Part shown: positions 11,668-23,200 of the stretch, piece by piece
How the letters are laid out: every line of letters starts with the position of its first letter
Position numbering within the stretch: the stretch's first letter is position 1
Source of the DNA: Flectonema sp. DT1601
Lineage: Eukaryota
NCBI GenBank assembly: GCA_964019425.1
Contig: OZ025792.1
Location: 310,001 to 374,000, forward strand
Reading direction: 5' to 3'
Length of the DNA stretch: 64,000 bases
Translations under genes and position numbers: made by a program
Notes under the pieces: generated by a model
Seen by the model: the letters and a program-made list of their open reading frames with translations, nothing else
What the model was told of the DNA's origin: nothing
Databases searched by the model: none

Positions 11668-12498
11668 TTACCTTCCAGGATTGCGCATGGAACCTTTACC
11701 TGTAGGTTGTCTTGTGAAGCATGCGGCTGCGTAGTTCTCATTTCGGGGAGTTATGTTTTCTTGCTCTTCCTCTTCTTCAGTTTCAACGAAGAGCGGCTTG
11801 TCTTCCTCCGTTGGACGATGAGCACGTGAAAGGATAAGACATGCAAGGTTGATAAACTCTAAAGACAACAAGAACACTAAGAATATACATCCGTAGGCAA
11901 AGTCAAAGTATTCAACCAGCCTCACAGAGACTACCGCAAAATCCCCAAATGGACCTGACGGAAATTGCTTACAGTCAAAACTAGTATTGTAAACTGCTGC
12001 TGCACTCGCTACAGCCATAAAATTAAATAAAATTAAAAAAACTTGCATTCCGATAACAACCTTTCCAAAGATTGCTACACGCTCAATTTTTTCAATTGCA
12101 ACAAAACCGACTATTATAACTATGAATTGCACGCAAGCTGTAAGAACGCAAATTATAACAGCAGCCAACACAACGATACCTCCCTTTTGGTGATTGGTGC
12201 ATTCAAATAGCTGGAAAAAATGACCAGGGTGAGGATCGACCCTGGGATTAACAGCGAATTGATAGTCGCCGTAGCGCTTTCCGTCTTTCCACTTGTTGTC
12301 GTAAGCGTCTAAAACAACACCAATACCATATGGGTGGTCAATGTAAGGAATTCGTTGTAATTCGATCAGACCTGGTCCTACGTGAATTCTAGTTGCCTTC
12401 AATCTGTACAAACTGGTACCGTCAGCCATCATTGCGGCGAGTAACATAGCAATTATTAGTGTACTCATTGAGACGATCACAAAGATGTTGCTCTTCAT
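11668..12498 (-). CDS. Amastin/claudin-like four-TM membrane protein (paralogue of 6760-7530)
   Basis: Likely ATG at 12498 (MKSNIF). Shares GL.E....P.I..PYGIG...D...N.W..GKR and HF.QL..C..HQ..G.VV with 6760-7530. Confidence 0.72.
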   Translation of the reverse strand: MKSNIFVIVSMSTLIIAMLLAAMMADGTSLYRLKATRIHVGPGLIELQRIPYIDHPYGIGVVLDAYDNKWKDGKRYGDYQFAVNPRVDPHPGHFFQLFECTNHQKGGIVVLAAVIICVLTACVQFIVIIVGFVAIEKIERVAIFGKVVIGMQVFLILFNFMAVASAAAVYNTSFDCKQFPSGPFGDFAVVSVRLVEYFDFAYGCIFLVFLLSLEFINLACLILSRAHRPTEEDKPLFVETEEEEEQENITPRNENYAAACFTRQPTGKGSMRNPGR

Positions 12499-14131
12499 TT
12501 TTTTTTTTTTTTTTTTTTTCAAACTGTGGGAGTAATTTGATAAAAGTCGGAATCTCACATGTCAACATTTCTACAGATAAGTGATGTGGCCATCATAATC
12601 GTTACTGTGTGACAACTGTAATAAACGGAAAACAATAATACCGAGTCATTTCTGATTTGAATAATTAAATTGAATCATTGCAGCACAGTATCAACTGATA
12701 TACTTGTATAATAACAGTCTTTACTGCATCCCAAAACGGGATTAAAAGTAGATGACTTTCTTGTAAATAACGAAAGTAATAGTTTGGAAGGTTTTAAGAA
12801 AAAAAAAAAAAGAAGAAAAAAAATTTCACTCAAGCAAAACTTGGGGACTGTCTATAAAATAAAAAAAATCATCGCGGAGAGAACTTTCCAAGCGAATTTT
12901 TTTTTTTTTTTTCGTTCTTTTTTTTTCTTTGCTTGAATATGCAGACGGTCAGAAGACCAACAATTATCACACAAGAAAAAGGGATACAGAAAAAAAAACG
13001 AAAAAAAAAAAAAAACAGACGTGTGTGCTGCAAAATACCGAAACTTAAAGGCCGATACAAAATTCAGAATAACCATTCTGACCAATGTACCCGTAGTTTA
13101 AAAAAAAAAAAAGGTTGACTATTTCCATCAACCTGTGCGCAGCATTAAAAAAAACACTTTCCATGGAAACGGGAGCGGCAGAAGTAATTGAGCAACATAG
13201 TTCTGATAAAGAACCCATGCCTGAAATGCGTTTTCACGCGTAGCAAGAAAACAGTAGCAAGCTACCGATTTGGAAATCACTTCGCATGCAACTTAAAAGC
13301 TTCAATGGGAGAGAGAGGGAGAGAGAGACGGGAAAACAATTGAAGAGAGGAAAAAAAATCTGATAGGCAGAAAGTAGTTTTGGATTGCATAACTACTTGC
13401 TTTTGGGCAAGAGAAACTTACAAAAACTAAACAAAAAAATAATTTCAAAAAGAACAAAAATTTCAGAATCCTTTTTTTTTTTTTCTTGTTCTTCCGTCCT
13501 CTCAAAGTCACCTACTTAAATTTAAATAAATAATAAATGTGAAGAAATAAAGTGTAACAGAAAAACCTTTTCGCAGCGCGATAAGAAAGAATATATAGTA
13601 CGACGCATTTGGGGAAATTAAAAAAAGAAAAAAGAGAAAGGATGAAACAAAAAGGGGGCAACATAGCCACCGCTCAATGCACGCATAGGTTATTTAACTT
13701 CTGGAAAATATAACAAAAAAAAAAAAAAAACAAAAAAAAAAAAAAGAAGAAGATTTCCGTTGTTGGAGCCTGATAATGTCATTTCTCGCTGTTTACTAGA
13801 AGCTGTGCTTTTTTTTTTTTACGTAACTGGGATTATGCAGTTGCTGCTGTAGAGCATACTTTCCCGCAATCACCTCTACAGACCACGTGATTGCCTAGTC
13901 ACGGCAAAGACACATGACATGAATGTACCAATATATCGTTCATATAATGATATTACAAAAAAAGCAGAATAATTGGAGGGAAAATAAGGGAGAAAAAATT
14001 GATACTGTTATCTAGCTCAAAAAAAAGGAATAGCAATCTCTCTTGACAATCTTGACTGTCAGCGGCAAGGAGGAAACAGCGAAAAAAAAATGAAATTAGC
14101 GAAAATCCCTAAAAGAAGGGAAAAAAGAAAA

Positions 14132-17100
14132 TTATTTATGGAATGCAACAACTTCAGGATGTCCATTGTAGACAATCGTTGGATCAGTTTCAGCTACTTC
14201 CCACGGGTTGTTATCAAATTCTGTGACTTGACTGTCATAGTAACGAAGCTTTGAGTCAATTGATGAAGAACGAAGTTCATAAATTGGAATCAAATCACTT
14301 TCATCATCAGAGGCATCCATCACTCGATCTGAGACTGTTGTCAGTTTCAAGTGAGCTACCATTCTCGCTAATTGTTTCATAAAAAGATCTTCAAAAGGAT
14401 TCAACTGATTAGACAAAACTGACATCGTTGCGAATGTCGGCATATCTCTAGCATAATGTGCTAATTGTCTGCTTGCTTCAACTGCCGCACCAACTACCGT
14501 TATAAACCTTTGATCAGCTGTTCCAACATTACCCTTATGAACATCACCAAGACACAATCCAGCGTTGAGTCGAAGACTATGACGTTCTGAAACAACATAA
14601 AGTAATCCAACAAATCGAATAGAGCACATGATATATTCACTACTAGGTCGGTATGTATTCCAACCAGCAATGACAGTAGTGTCACAGATGCTGGTGATGT
14701 TTCCGTCTGTACGGTCACTGCAAGTGCATATAAAAGAAAGGTACTGCTGGACGTTGCAAGTAAGTTCACCATAACCAGTATTATAATCACAGAGTATGGT
14801 AGCTATTGAACAGTGCTCAATACTGACGAAGTCGTTACTGAGAATGGCATGCTGTCTTGTAACTCGACCTCTATCCGATGATGGAGCCTCACTCGAAAAA
14901 CTAGCTCCACAACTAGTCGTCGTAATGCTTGAATTCCGTCTGCCAGCAAGAGGATTTCCTATCTGTCTATTGAAATATTGCTGCCTATCTGACAGCTCTC
15001 TTGGTACAACAACTGTGACTGCACATTTTTCATCTATCCCTGATAAGCTGACGTCTACTTTAGAAATTGTTAAGAAATCAGAAAGTAATTCGCTGCGCTG
15101 TCTCATAAGTTGTGAAGTAACTTCTTCGGAGAGGGCGATTGCTCCACCACTGCATTGGCGTTCTACTCTTGCAGCTTTGTTTATAGTTGGACCAAAATAA
15201 TCAGTTCTTCCCGTTACTGTGCTGACTTCGCCAACGGCGTCACCAACGTGTACTCCAATTCTTATTCGTAGACCATACCATAGATTAGGGACGTGCTCGC
15301 ATTGGATTAAGTTTGCAAGGGAAGGAGGCCAACCCAGTGACGGGTTCATTAGCTCTTTTTGTGCTTTTCCTGCAAAGCAAACGGCGTTTTCGAGATTTGC
15401 AAAGACGATCATGAAAGCGTCTCCGATTGTTTTTACTTCATATCCTTTATAATCAGATATGAGTTGTCGGAGTACTTTATTATGAATAGTGAGAGCATGT
15501 CTCATTGAGTCGGGGATTCTTTCCCAGGTATCTGTAGATCCTTGAATGTCCGTAAACACAACTGAAATGGTTCCTTGAGGTGCTTCTGTAGCGATTCGCT
15601 CACCCGCAGAAACACCAGCTTCCAAGGGGAAAAGTGATGATGGTAAAAAAGGTCTATAAAGCTTTAAATTATGAATAATATCCAAGAAAGCTCTTTGCAA
15701 CCTCGTAGGCTTCGGTAAATCATACAGATAATTAACTTCTTCGAATCGCATTGCGGCCACGGCATTGGCACATTCTTCAGCTAGTTTGTTTTTGTTGTAT
15801 AGTCGTCTCATTTTTATTTTATTTCTTATGAATATGGCGCTCACTGGGAGGCCTAATGCCAGTATGACCGACCCGACTGATATTAGAGCCACGTTTCTTG
15901 TTGTGTCGGAGTTGCTTGATTGAATGAGAATACATGAATTTAAGTTACCGATGTACCCTTCAGGACACTCATAACAATCGAGCTCTTCTTCAACAAAGTA
16001 TTGAGTTGCTGTACAATTATCCTTCGATAAAAAGTCCAAATTGATTGCAGTTCGATCATCTATTCGTGAACGCCCATCAACGACAGAATTATACGGGTTT
16101 TGAAATTTTAAATAACCCATTATAGCCGTCGTTACTAATACGTCTTTTTTATTAACGATCGTATCCTTTATTGGAGACCTGTATTTCTCGTGATAGCCTG
16201 CACCACTACCAAGTGCGATAAACGACACCGTTGTTAAAGTGTATATTTTACCTCTTTTAACAGGAGTATAAATGGTGTGATTACTCTTTCTGGCTGCTAT
16301 GAATAAAGAAGTAATTCGATTGTGTGGTGATAAGGCTGGGTTGAAGGAGAATCTGACACCAGCTACTTGCGGAAAGGCCCCCCGATTAGTAGCTTCCGGA
16401 TCACGCAATCCAGAGATATTAATTTGTGAGACACCCAATTCCAGTGTTGTCCAGAGCGACCTTCCCGTGACGTTATAAGAAACAATATGATCCGTGTATT
16501 TAAAAAGAGTGAAGATATCCGTCGCAAACACTTTACCTGCTTCCCACCCATAACCAATAGCACCTCCATTAAATAGCGACGCGTCACTGTTTGTGGCATC
16601 TAAAAGGCATTCTGCTACTAAGTTCCCAGCAGCAGTTTCCTTAGACATCGATTCCTCTTGAATTTTTTCTGTTGGCATTACTTCACTACTTGTTGTGATG
16701 TAAGGGTTTTGTTGTGAGGCGATGTTACGTTGAATTGAAAGCCAATTTCTTAATTCATCATAGTGCTGTTCGTCATAATTGAGAGGAAGATCTCCATCGG
16801 CCACTGCTACAGTTTGAACGTCGACAGATGATATGTAAAGATGGTGACTTGAATTTCTTGACGCGACTATATCAAAACTATAAATATAATTGTGCCATCC
16901 GAACCAATCAACATAAAACTTTCCATCATCGGATTTGAAAGCAACGACCTCACTGTTTTCTTGTTTTGGCCTGAAAATCACATCAACGTCTAAAGTAGAG
17001 AACACTTTCGATATATTCGGACTGAAATAAAGGATCTCAGTAGTACATAATAACACAACAAAGACACAGTCAAGTTCTCGCAATATCGAAACAAGCCTTG

Positions 17101-17701
17101 GGAGGACAACACTATAATCTATTTGTCTTATGAAATACCAGTCACCCATGACTGCAATGTATCCTATTCGAGTACCGTCAGACATTTCCTTATGGTAGGA
17201 TCGCATAACTCGATTATAAAGATAAAACAATTCCGGAGCTTCTATACGAATGCCTGAATTAATCAAAGGTATTCCGTATTGAGCTGCTGTGTCTGTCAAA
17301 TTTGATTGTAATTTTTGTTTTTCTATTCCACTTCCTCGGAGGACAGCAAAGTCGCATTGAAGTAGTTTCCAAATGTCAGCTGCGATTGCTTGACGTTTTG
17401 GATGGAGTTGAACAAACGTTGAGTACTGGTCAACCCCTCCAATGGTGACAGATCCACTTATTGATTTATTTTGTCTCCAGTAGTGAGACCACGATCCAAG
17501 AGCAGGTACACCTCCACTACATCGTGGATCTGATAGATTTTGATACTCAGGAGGATCACAGGAACTTCCAAAAAGGGCTAACATCATCCATGATGTCGGA
17601 GTCATGTATATAGTTCGATAAATTCGTATCTCATGGTCTGAAGCCATCACATTCCCTAACAGTGTAAGCTCCAACAACACAATAACAAATTTAATCATCA
17701 T
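14132..17701 (-). CDS. Receptor-type class III adenylate cyclase with 5'-nucleotidase-like ectodomain, 1189 aa
   Basis: Signal peptide; 5'-nucleotidase C-domain motifs (ETAAGNLVA, FNGGAI, FPQVAGVRFSFN); one TM. Cyclase motifs VFTDIQGST, EVKTIGDAFM, RIRIGVHVG and DYFGPTINKAARVE, then a second degenerate cyclase-like domain. Confidence 0.88.
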   Translation of the reverse strand: MMIKFVIVLLELTLLGNVMASDHEIRIYRTIYMTPTSWMMLALFGSSCDPPEYQNLSDPRCSGGVPALGSWSHYWRQNKSISGSVTIGGVDQYSTFVQLHPKRQAIAADIWKLLQCDFAVLRGSGIEKQKLQSNLTDTAAQYGIPLINSGIRIEAPELFYLYNRVMRSYHKEMSDGTRIGYIAVMGDWYFIRQIDYSVVLPRLVSILRELDCVFVVLLCTTEILYFSPNISKVFSTLDVDVIFRPKQENSEVVAFKSDDGKFYVDWFGWHNYIYSFDIVASRNSSHHLYISSVDVQTVAVADGDLPLNYDEQHYDELRNWLSIQRNIASQQNPYITTSSEVMPTEKIQEESMSKETAAGNLVAECLLDATNSDASLFNGGAIGYGWEAGKVFATDIFTLFKYTDHIVSYNVTGRSLWTTLELGVSQINISGLRDPEATNRGAFPQVAGVRFSFNPALSPHNRITSLFIAARKSNHTIYTPVKRGKIYTLTTVSFIALGSGAGYHEKYRSPIKDTIVNKKDVLVTTAIMGYLKFQNPYNSVVDGRSRIDDRTAINLDFLSKDNCTATQYFVEEELDCYECPEGYIGNLNSCILIQSSNSDTTRNVALISVGSVILALGLPVSAIFIRNKIKMRRLYNKNKLAEECANAVAAMRFEEVNYLYDLPKPTRLQRAFLDIIHNLKLYRPFLPSSLFPLEAGVSAGERIATEAPQGTISVVFTDIQGSTDTWERIPDSMRHALTIHNKVLRQLISDYKGYEVKTIGDAFMIVFANLENAVCFAGKAQKELMNPSLGWPPSLANLIQCEHVPNLWYGLRIRIGVHVGDAVGEVSTVTGRTDYFGPTINKAARVERQCSGGAIALSEEVTSQLMRQRSELLSDFLTISKVDVSLSGIDEKCAVTVVVPRELSDRQQYFNRQIGNPLAGRRNSSITTTSCGASFSSEAPSSDRGRVTRQHAILSNDFVSIEHCSIATILCDYNTGYGELTCNVQQYLSFICTCSDRTDGNITSICDTTVIAGWNTYRPSSEYIMCSIRFVGLLYVVSERHSLRLNAGLCLGDVHKGNVGTADQRFITVVGAAVEASRQLAHYARDMPTFATMSVLSNQLNPFEDLFMKQLARMVAHLKLTTVSDRVMDASDDESDLIPIYELRSSSIDSKLRYYDSQVTEFDNNPWEVAETDPTIVYNGHPEVVAFHK

Positions 17702-18265
17702 CGTCTCCTTAATTACCCGCGTCGCGGTGTCATGAGATTGGTTGAACTGAACAGGGGGAAAAAAAAAAATTAAGAACGACGTTTACAATATTTTTTTTCT
17801 GTACAGAAGATGAGAACCAACATTTCTCGTTATAGTAATGATTTTATTTTCCCCCGTGCGACAGGATTCTGTCTGCGTTCAATGAAAAAATAAGTCTAAA
17901 TCTGAATGGTTTTTGCTAAATGCTCAACTCATATAAATAATTAAGTGGCCTCTTTGAAGAAAAGAACTGATTTTTATGTCGTTAATCGTCATTTCTTATA
18001 ATTTAAGGGGGAAAAATACTATGAGGGAGAAAAGAAAAAAAGAGAATAAAAAACAAACACGAGGGAAAAAAAAAAAAAATAACAGTTGTATTAAAATATG
18101 TGAACACAGACAATGAAGAAGAAAAAGAAGAAGAAAAAAAAAACTATAGAGAGAACGAGAAAAATAAGAAGCGATGTACTAAAAAAAAAAAAGAAAAAAA
18201 AGAAACAATACAAACATTACAGTAGAGAGAACAGGAGACTACTAAAATCAATTAAAAGATTATTA

Positions 18266-20092
18266 CTAACTCATATTCGTCCAATAGTTGCCGGAGTGAT
18301 AACTGCTAGGGGAGGTCTTAACAGGAGTGACTCTATAACGTCGCGGAGACTCCCATCCAGGAGAAGAAGGGCCCCACTCTCCAGCAATAATGGTGGTAGG
18401 GATGTCTAAGTATTCTGAAACATTTGTCTGAGATGGAGAACCCGATGTAGGAGGAAGTGGTGTAACTCTACCAACATGTGACCCAGGTGACATTTGAACA
18501 CTCTTCTGAGGAAAACTTACGGGAACCAACTCTTGTGAAGCAACAACACTACCGTGAGAAGTAGATGCTCCAAGATATGGTATTTCTTCAGATTTTTTGT
18601 GTTGTGGACTGGGAGTCAACTCCGGAGATCTTGGGAGTTTTTTAACCTCCGCCACCCTATCCCTCTGAGCTGTTACTGGAGCGAATGAAGAATCCACTTC
18701 TTTGACTGAAGGCACAACAGTTGAAGTTATAGCGTTACATGAATCAGAGCTGTCGCTATGAGAACTGCTTTCCGATGATGAACTGAGAGGTGATAAGAAT
18801 ACTGGTTGTAGTTTACATGATTTCCAATTACCACCATGTAATGAATAACAATGAACTATTAAGTTAACCAAATCAGGAATACACGCCACACCAGCTACTG
18901 AGCAAGCAGGCGTACCAACACAGCCGGGTGAAGGAGGCTTGTCATCACTGATGCGAGACCATGACCAATCTTCAGTATTTAGCAGCCAACCGTCTTGTAA
19001 GTGGGTTTTGTTAGAAGATATGCCTGACCACACGAATAGGAAGTTATCATCAATAATACAACTGGAGCAATGTGATCGACCGATTGGCTGCTGTTCGTCA
19101 CGAGGGATGAATTTCTTTTCCCATTCAGTGTATTGCTCTCGTGGGATGCTTTTATATCCCAGACGGCCCTGCTGCCGTTCAACAACTGATACAACGTCTC
19201 CAGTTTCCAGTATTTGAATTCGTTTACCGAGATCACTCTTTGTTAGTTTTCTATCATCCATAACCATTGTAGGTCTCACAAGGGAAGATTCGCTTATTAT
19301 CTTTATGTAGTCTCTCTGGACAAAACTTTCCAACCCTCCTCCTCTCAGCGCCTTCGCCCAGTGCTGCGCTGTTTTTGAATTCTCTTCTTCATCTGGTAAC
19401 AAGTTTATTAAATCACCTTCTTTAAAAGCCAACAAATGACGCTCATTTTCTTTTGGGGTAAAATCGTAGAGGGCTACCGCCTTTGCAACGCTGTCGGTTA
19501 TGTCAGTGAAGTTTAGCTTTAAATGGGCTTGTGTGCTTGTGTCAAATGAGAGAATAGTCTTGCTATTGTTATCCCTTCCACGTTGAATACCTCCATATAG
19601 TAGTAGTTTGTTACCGAGTGTGTGCATTGCATGGCCAGAAACAGATCGTAAAAAGTTATCGCTGTCCCAATGCATTGTTTCTATATCAAGAACGTGCATT
19701 TTGTCACTGTCAGTCTCTCCAAATGTGAATAGCTTGTGTGTTATCAAACAGCTTTTTGCAACTCTCGACGGTGGTGGTTTTCCAGTCGTTACCACATCTC
19801 TCCAAGTTAAAGAAGTTAAGTTTAGTATTTGCAAGATTGCGTTATTGTTATCACCTTTTGTCTTCCCCATCAAAACATACATTTCTCCTTTATGTACCTC
19901 AGCTGAATGATGAAACTGAGGTACTGGTGTGGAACCTTTACATCGAAGCTCAAGTAGCTTACCTTCACTTGAATCAATCCCTTGTAACTTCCATACAGCG
20001 TTGCATAGATTTCCGCGGCTATCAAGTCCTCCGAATACAATCACTTGTCCGTTGTGCGATACTACGCTAAACCCTTCGACTGGATACGACAT
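18266..20092 (-). CDS. Kelch-repeat protein with inserted SH3 domain and Ser/Pro-rich tail, 608 aa
   Basis: Kelch repeats (VIVFGG, LLLYGG, FVWSG...W) and SH3 motif AVALYDF...LAFKEGDLI. Confidence 0.8.
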   Translation of the reverse strand: MSYPVEGFSVVSHNGQVIVFGGLDSRGNLCNAVWKLQGIDSSEGKLLELRCKGSTPVPQFHHSAEVHKGEMYVLMGKTKGDNNNAILQILNLTSLTWRDVVTTGKPPPSRVAKSCLITHKLFTFGETDSDKMHVLDIETMHWDSDNFLRSVSGHAMHTLGNKLLLYGGIQRGRDNNSKTILSFDTSTQAHLKLNFTDITDSVAKAVALYDFTPKENERHLLAFKEGDLINLLPDEEENSKTAQHWAKALRGGGLESFVQRDYIKIISESSLVRPTMVMDDRKLTKSDLGKRIQILETGDVVSVVERQQGRLGYKSIPREQYTEWEKKFIPRDEQQPIGRSHCSSCIIDDNFLFVWSGISSNKTHLQDGWLLNTEDWSWSRISDDKPPSPGCVGTPACSVAGVACIPDLVNLIVHCYSLHGGNWKSCKLQPVFLSPLSSSSESSSHSDSSDSCNAITSTVVPSVKEVDSSFAPVTAQRDRVAEVKKLPRSPELTPSPQHKKSEEIPYLGASTSHGSVVASQELVPVSFPQKSVQMSPGSHVGRVTPLPPTSGSPSQTNVSEYLDIPTTIIAGEWGPSSPGWESPRRYRVTPVKTSPSSYHSGNYWTNMS

Positions 20093-20243
20093 TCATGAAG
20101 GGGGACTTATGCTCAAATTCTGTGTGGTGGAAATAATGAATTCCTACTAAGTATTATTGACTGATAATGAAACTGTTCTCCACCTCCGCCGGTCTTTTAA
20201 TGTTCTCTGTTTGAAACTATTTGAATGAGAATTGTAATTTATC

Positions 20244-20274
<31 letters not shown>

Positions 20275-23200
20275 AATATTAAATAAAAACTACTGTTGAG
20301 AATTGATACCCTCACTTTCATTCTTTCATCCCACGAGTTAACTGTCACGTTTCTGTTCCTCTCTTCCGTTTTATTACTATGGTTTATTGTGTTTATTCTT
20401 TTTTTTTTTTTTTTTTTTTTTTTTTCTGGCTGTTGCTCCATTTGTGAGTTCAACTAGGAAGGCAATATCAAAAATAAAACTCAAAATGAAATTGCAAAAA
20501 CACAACATAAATAAAAAAATAAAAAAATATTAATAATAATATACACCTGCCTCACAGCATGAATTGCCGATTATAGCTGGGGGGGTTGACTAGATAAGCT
20601 ACAAGGTGATATCTATGAAATGCCAAATTGTCAGCATTTTTTTTATTCCTTGTCGTTCACACGGTTATTAATAACGGAAAATTAAGAAAGAAAAAAAATT
20701 GAAGCTTTTTTTTTTTTTTTTGTTTCAGGGCAGTGAGGCAATCCCCCTCCCCTGTCGATAGACTTCGGTACGCGCAGCTGTTTCAAGCCACTGTGGAGTT
20801 ATCGGTCCTCGAGGGGTAGGAATTATAAAAAAAGTGGGGGGAGAGGGGGTAAGGGTTTTAAAAAAGAATAACGTAAGAAAAAATAAGTTCTTGGTCGATA
20901 GTACAAAGACTATCTCACAGATCAAAAAACCTGTATTCTTGCTAACTACAAAAAGTGATTACGACTAACAAGGTACTTGATTATTTGCTACGGGGGCAAG
21001 TGTCGGCACGGTTTATGAGTTACAATCACATTACGACGTGGGATCCCAGCAGCAGTTTCTTCAGTACAAGCTGTCAAACAACGCTAAAAAAAACTAACAA
21101 AATTCAAACGAATGACAGTAAGGAAAACAGGCATTAGATTCCTTAATATCTTTCGAACGCGCACCGAAGCGGCTTTTATATGATTCGTTCTGTTTCCGGT
21201 TTTTTGATCTGGTCTAGTTATGATTATCGTACGGTAGAAAAGGGGGTAGTATTAAAATTGTACTAAAGGAAAGATGAATTATAACACACTCATTACAACA
21301 AGTTTCTCCCTCGTACTCCCCAATGGGAGGGAAAGCGCTATACACAAAAAAATAGATAAAATAACTAGGAGAAGAATTTCTTTTTTTTTTTTTTTTTTTT
21401 CTCCTCTCCCCACGGAAAGACCATGAAAACCAATTAGCAGAATGCTTCTACCGTTTATTAATGGCTTTGTTTGTACGCGACTTCCTTCATTTTTTTTTCA
21501 GATCAATTTAAACTAGAAAGGGTCAGTATCTTCGCTTTAATTACAAGCTATAATACCTTAATCCTTTTCCATTAGAAACTATCCATTATTGGTAAAGCTG
21601 CTTACTAAACAGAACCAGCTTCAAAAAAGAAGAGGGGCCAGAGGAGGAAAGAGAGCTCCCTGCGTAGGGGTAGTGCAGACATAAGAAATATTATTATGCA
21701 ATATTCTCACAGTAAATTACTAAGTTACCTAACAAGTGTTGTGTTTTACTAGATTTCATAAAGTATTGCATTAAAATTAGGCAGAGTGAGAGTAGTCGAG
21801 GCGTAATCATCAATACGAGTTTTAGAGAATAATTCTTTACTTACTTCCTTATTTTATTTCATCATCAACATTGCTAAGCAGTAGTTTTTTTGTGCAACAC
21901 TTTGAGAATTAACACCTAAAGCCAAGCGCCAAGAAACGCGATTGGCTTTTTTTTTTTTTTTTTTTTTTTTTTCAGAAGGTGCGACTTGCTATAAGCTTTT
22001 GCCTAAACAAAGGCAGCAGTGTGTCTTTCCGAAGCACTTGCCGAAAAGCAACTATCTCAGTCGAAATAAGTGGATATTTTTAATTTACTAAATAAACAAC
22101 TCTTCCCCTCATCGAAGTTTAAAAGAAATTCAAGCATTTTTAACGCTAGTAAGTACTAAAAGATTTTCTCTTACCCCAGTCAACCATGATATAATTTAAC
22201 TTAATAAGTTGTAATTTCTGATTATTTTATTTATTTTATATTTTTCGTCTTCTGGGATAAGAAAAAAAAAAAAAAAGAAGAAACGCAAGATTCAATTAAA
22301 AGCAAGCAAGAAATAACCCGATATACAGGAAGAAGAGTGTTTTAAAAAAAAACTCAAAAAAAAAAAAAAAAAAAAGAGGTGTGCTGCTACAATGAGTCGG
22401 ATTTAGATAATTAAAAAGAAAAGTAATAACCCAACCAATGGCAATGCTGCAAGAGGTTATACAGACTTGAAAACATTATGGGGTTTTACGACTGTGTTCT
22501 GCTGATCGGTATCAACAGCAGCAATATGTCAAAAAAAAAAAAAAAAAAAAAAAAAGGCATCGTAGTCAACACTTAATCAAATGATCGATTGACTTTTTAA
22601 AAAAAGTTGTTAATTATTATTTTTTTTTTTTTTTTTGTGTTGTTGTTAAATTTATTTTTATTTTTTTTTTTTTTTTGTAGAAAATAACCTTCCCTCGAAA
22701 ATTAGAAAACTTAGCATTCATCAGGAAGCTGAACCCAACAATAACAATGGTAGGTACACTCAAGAGGACCAGTCCGTAGCCGTTTCTATGTGGCCACGAC
22801 ATAGATCACCAGTAATCAAGTCAACGAACAGAAGAGTACAATCCGCAAAGGGAAGGAAATAAGAAGCAAGGAGGAAGCGAATTATATTAAAAAAACGGGG
22901 GATCGAAGAAACATAACATAACAGTGTGGAAGAACAAAAAAAAAAAAATAAAATAAAATAACAAGTATAAAAAAAAATAAAAATGGGGGCGAAAAAAAAG
23001 TTTTTTTAAAAAAAAAAGTCAGTGTATTCATAACTCCGTGCCGTATGATATTTGTTGTCGCACAATCCAAAAATCTCGGTTTTTTTTCCATATTGGCTAA
23101 AATCGTGTAGAAGGATGTAAAAATACAGGTTCCAACTTCACAATTACAAGGAAGCAGCGTTCTTAAAGCAAAGTTAAACATCGGGATCGAACGCACTATC

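Noticed and set aside
22617..22802. MSWPHRNG... hydrophobic ORF as a small gene or exon
   Set aside because: No recognisable homology or partner exon, and it runs into homopolymers; not excluded, but unsupported.
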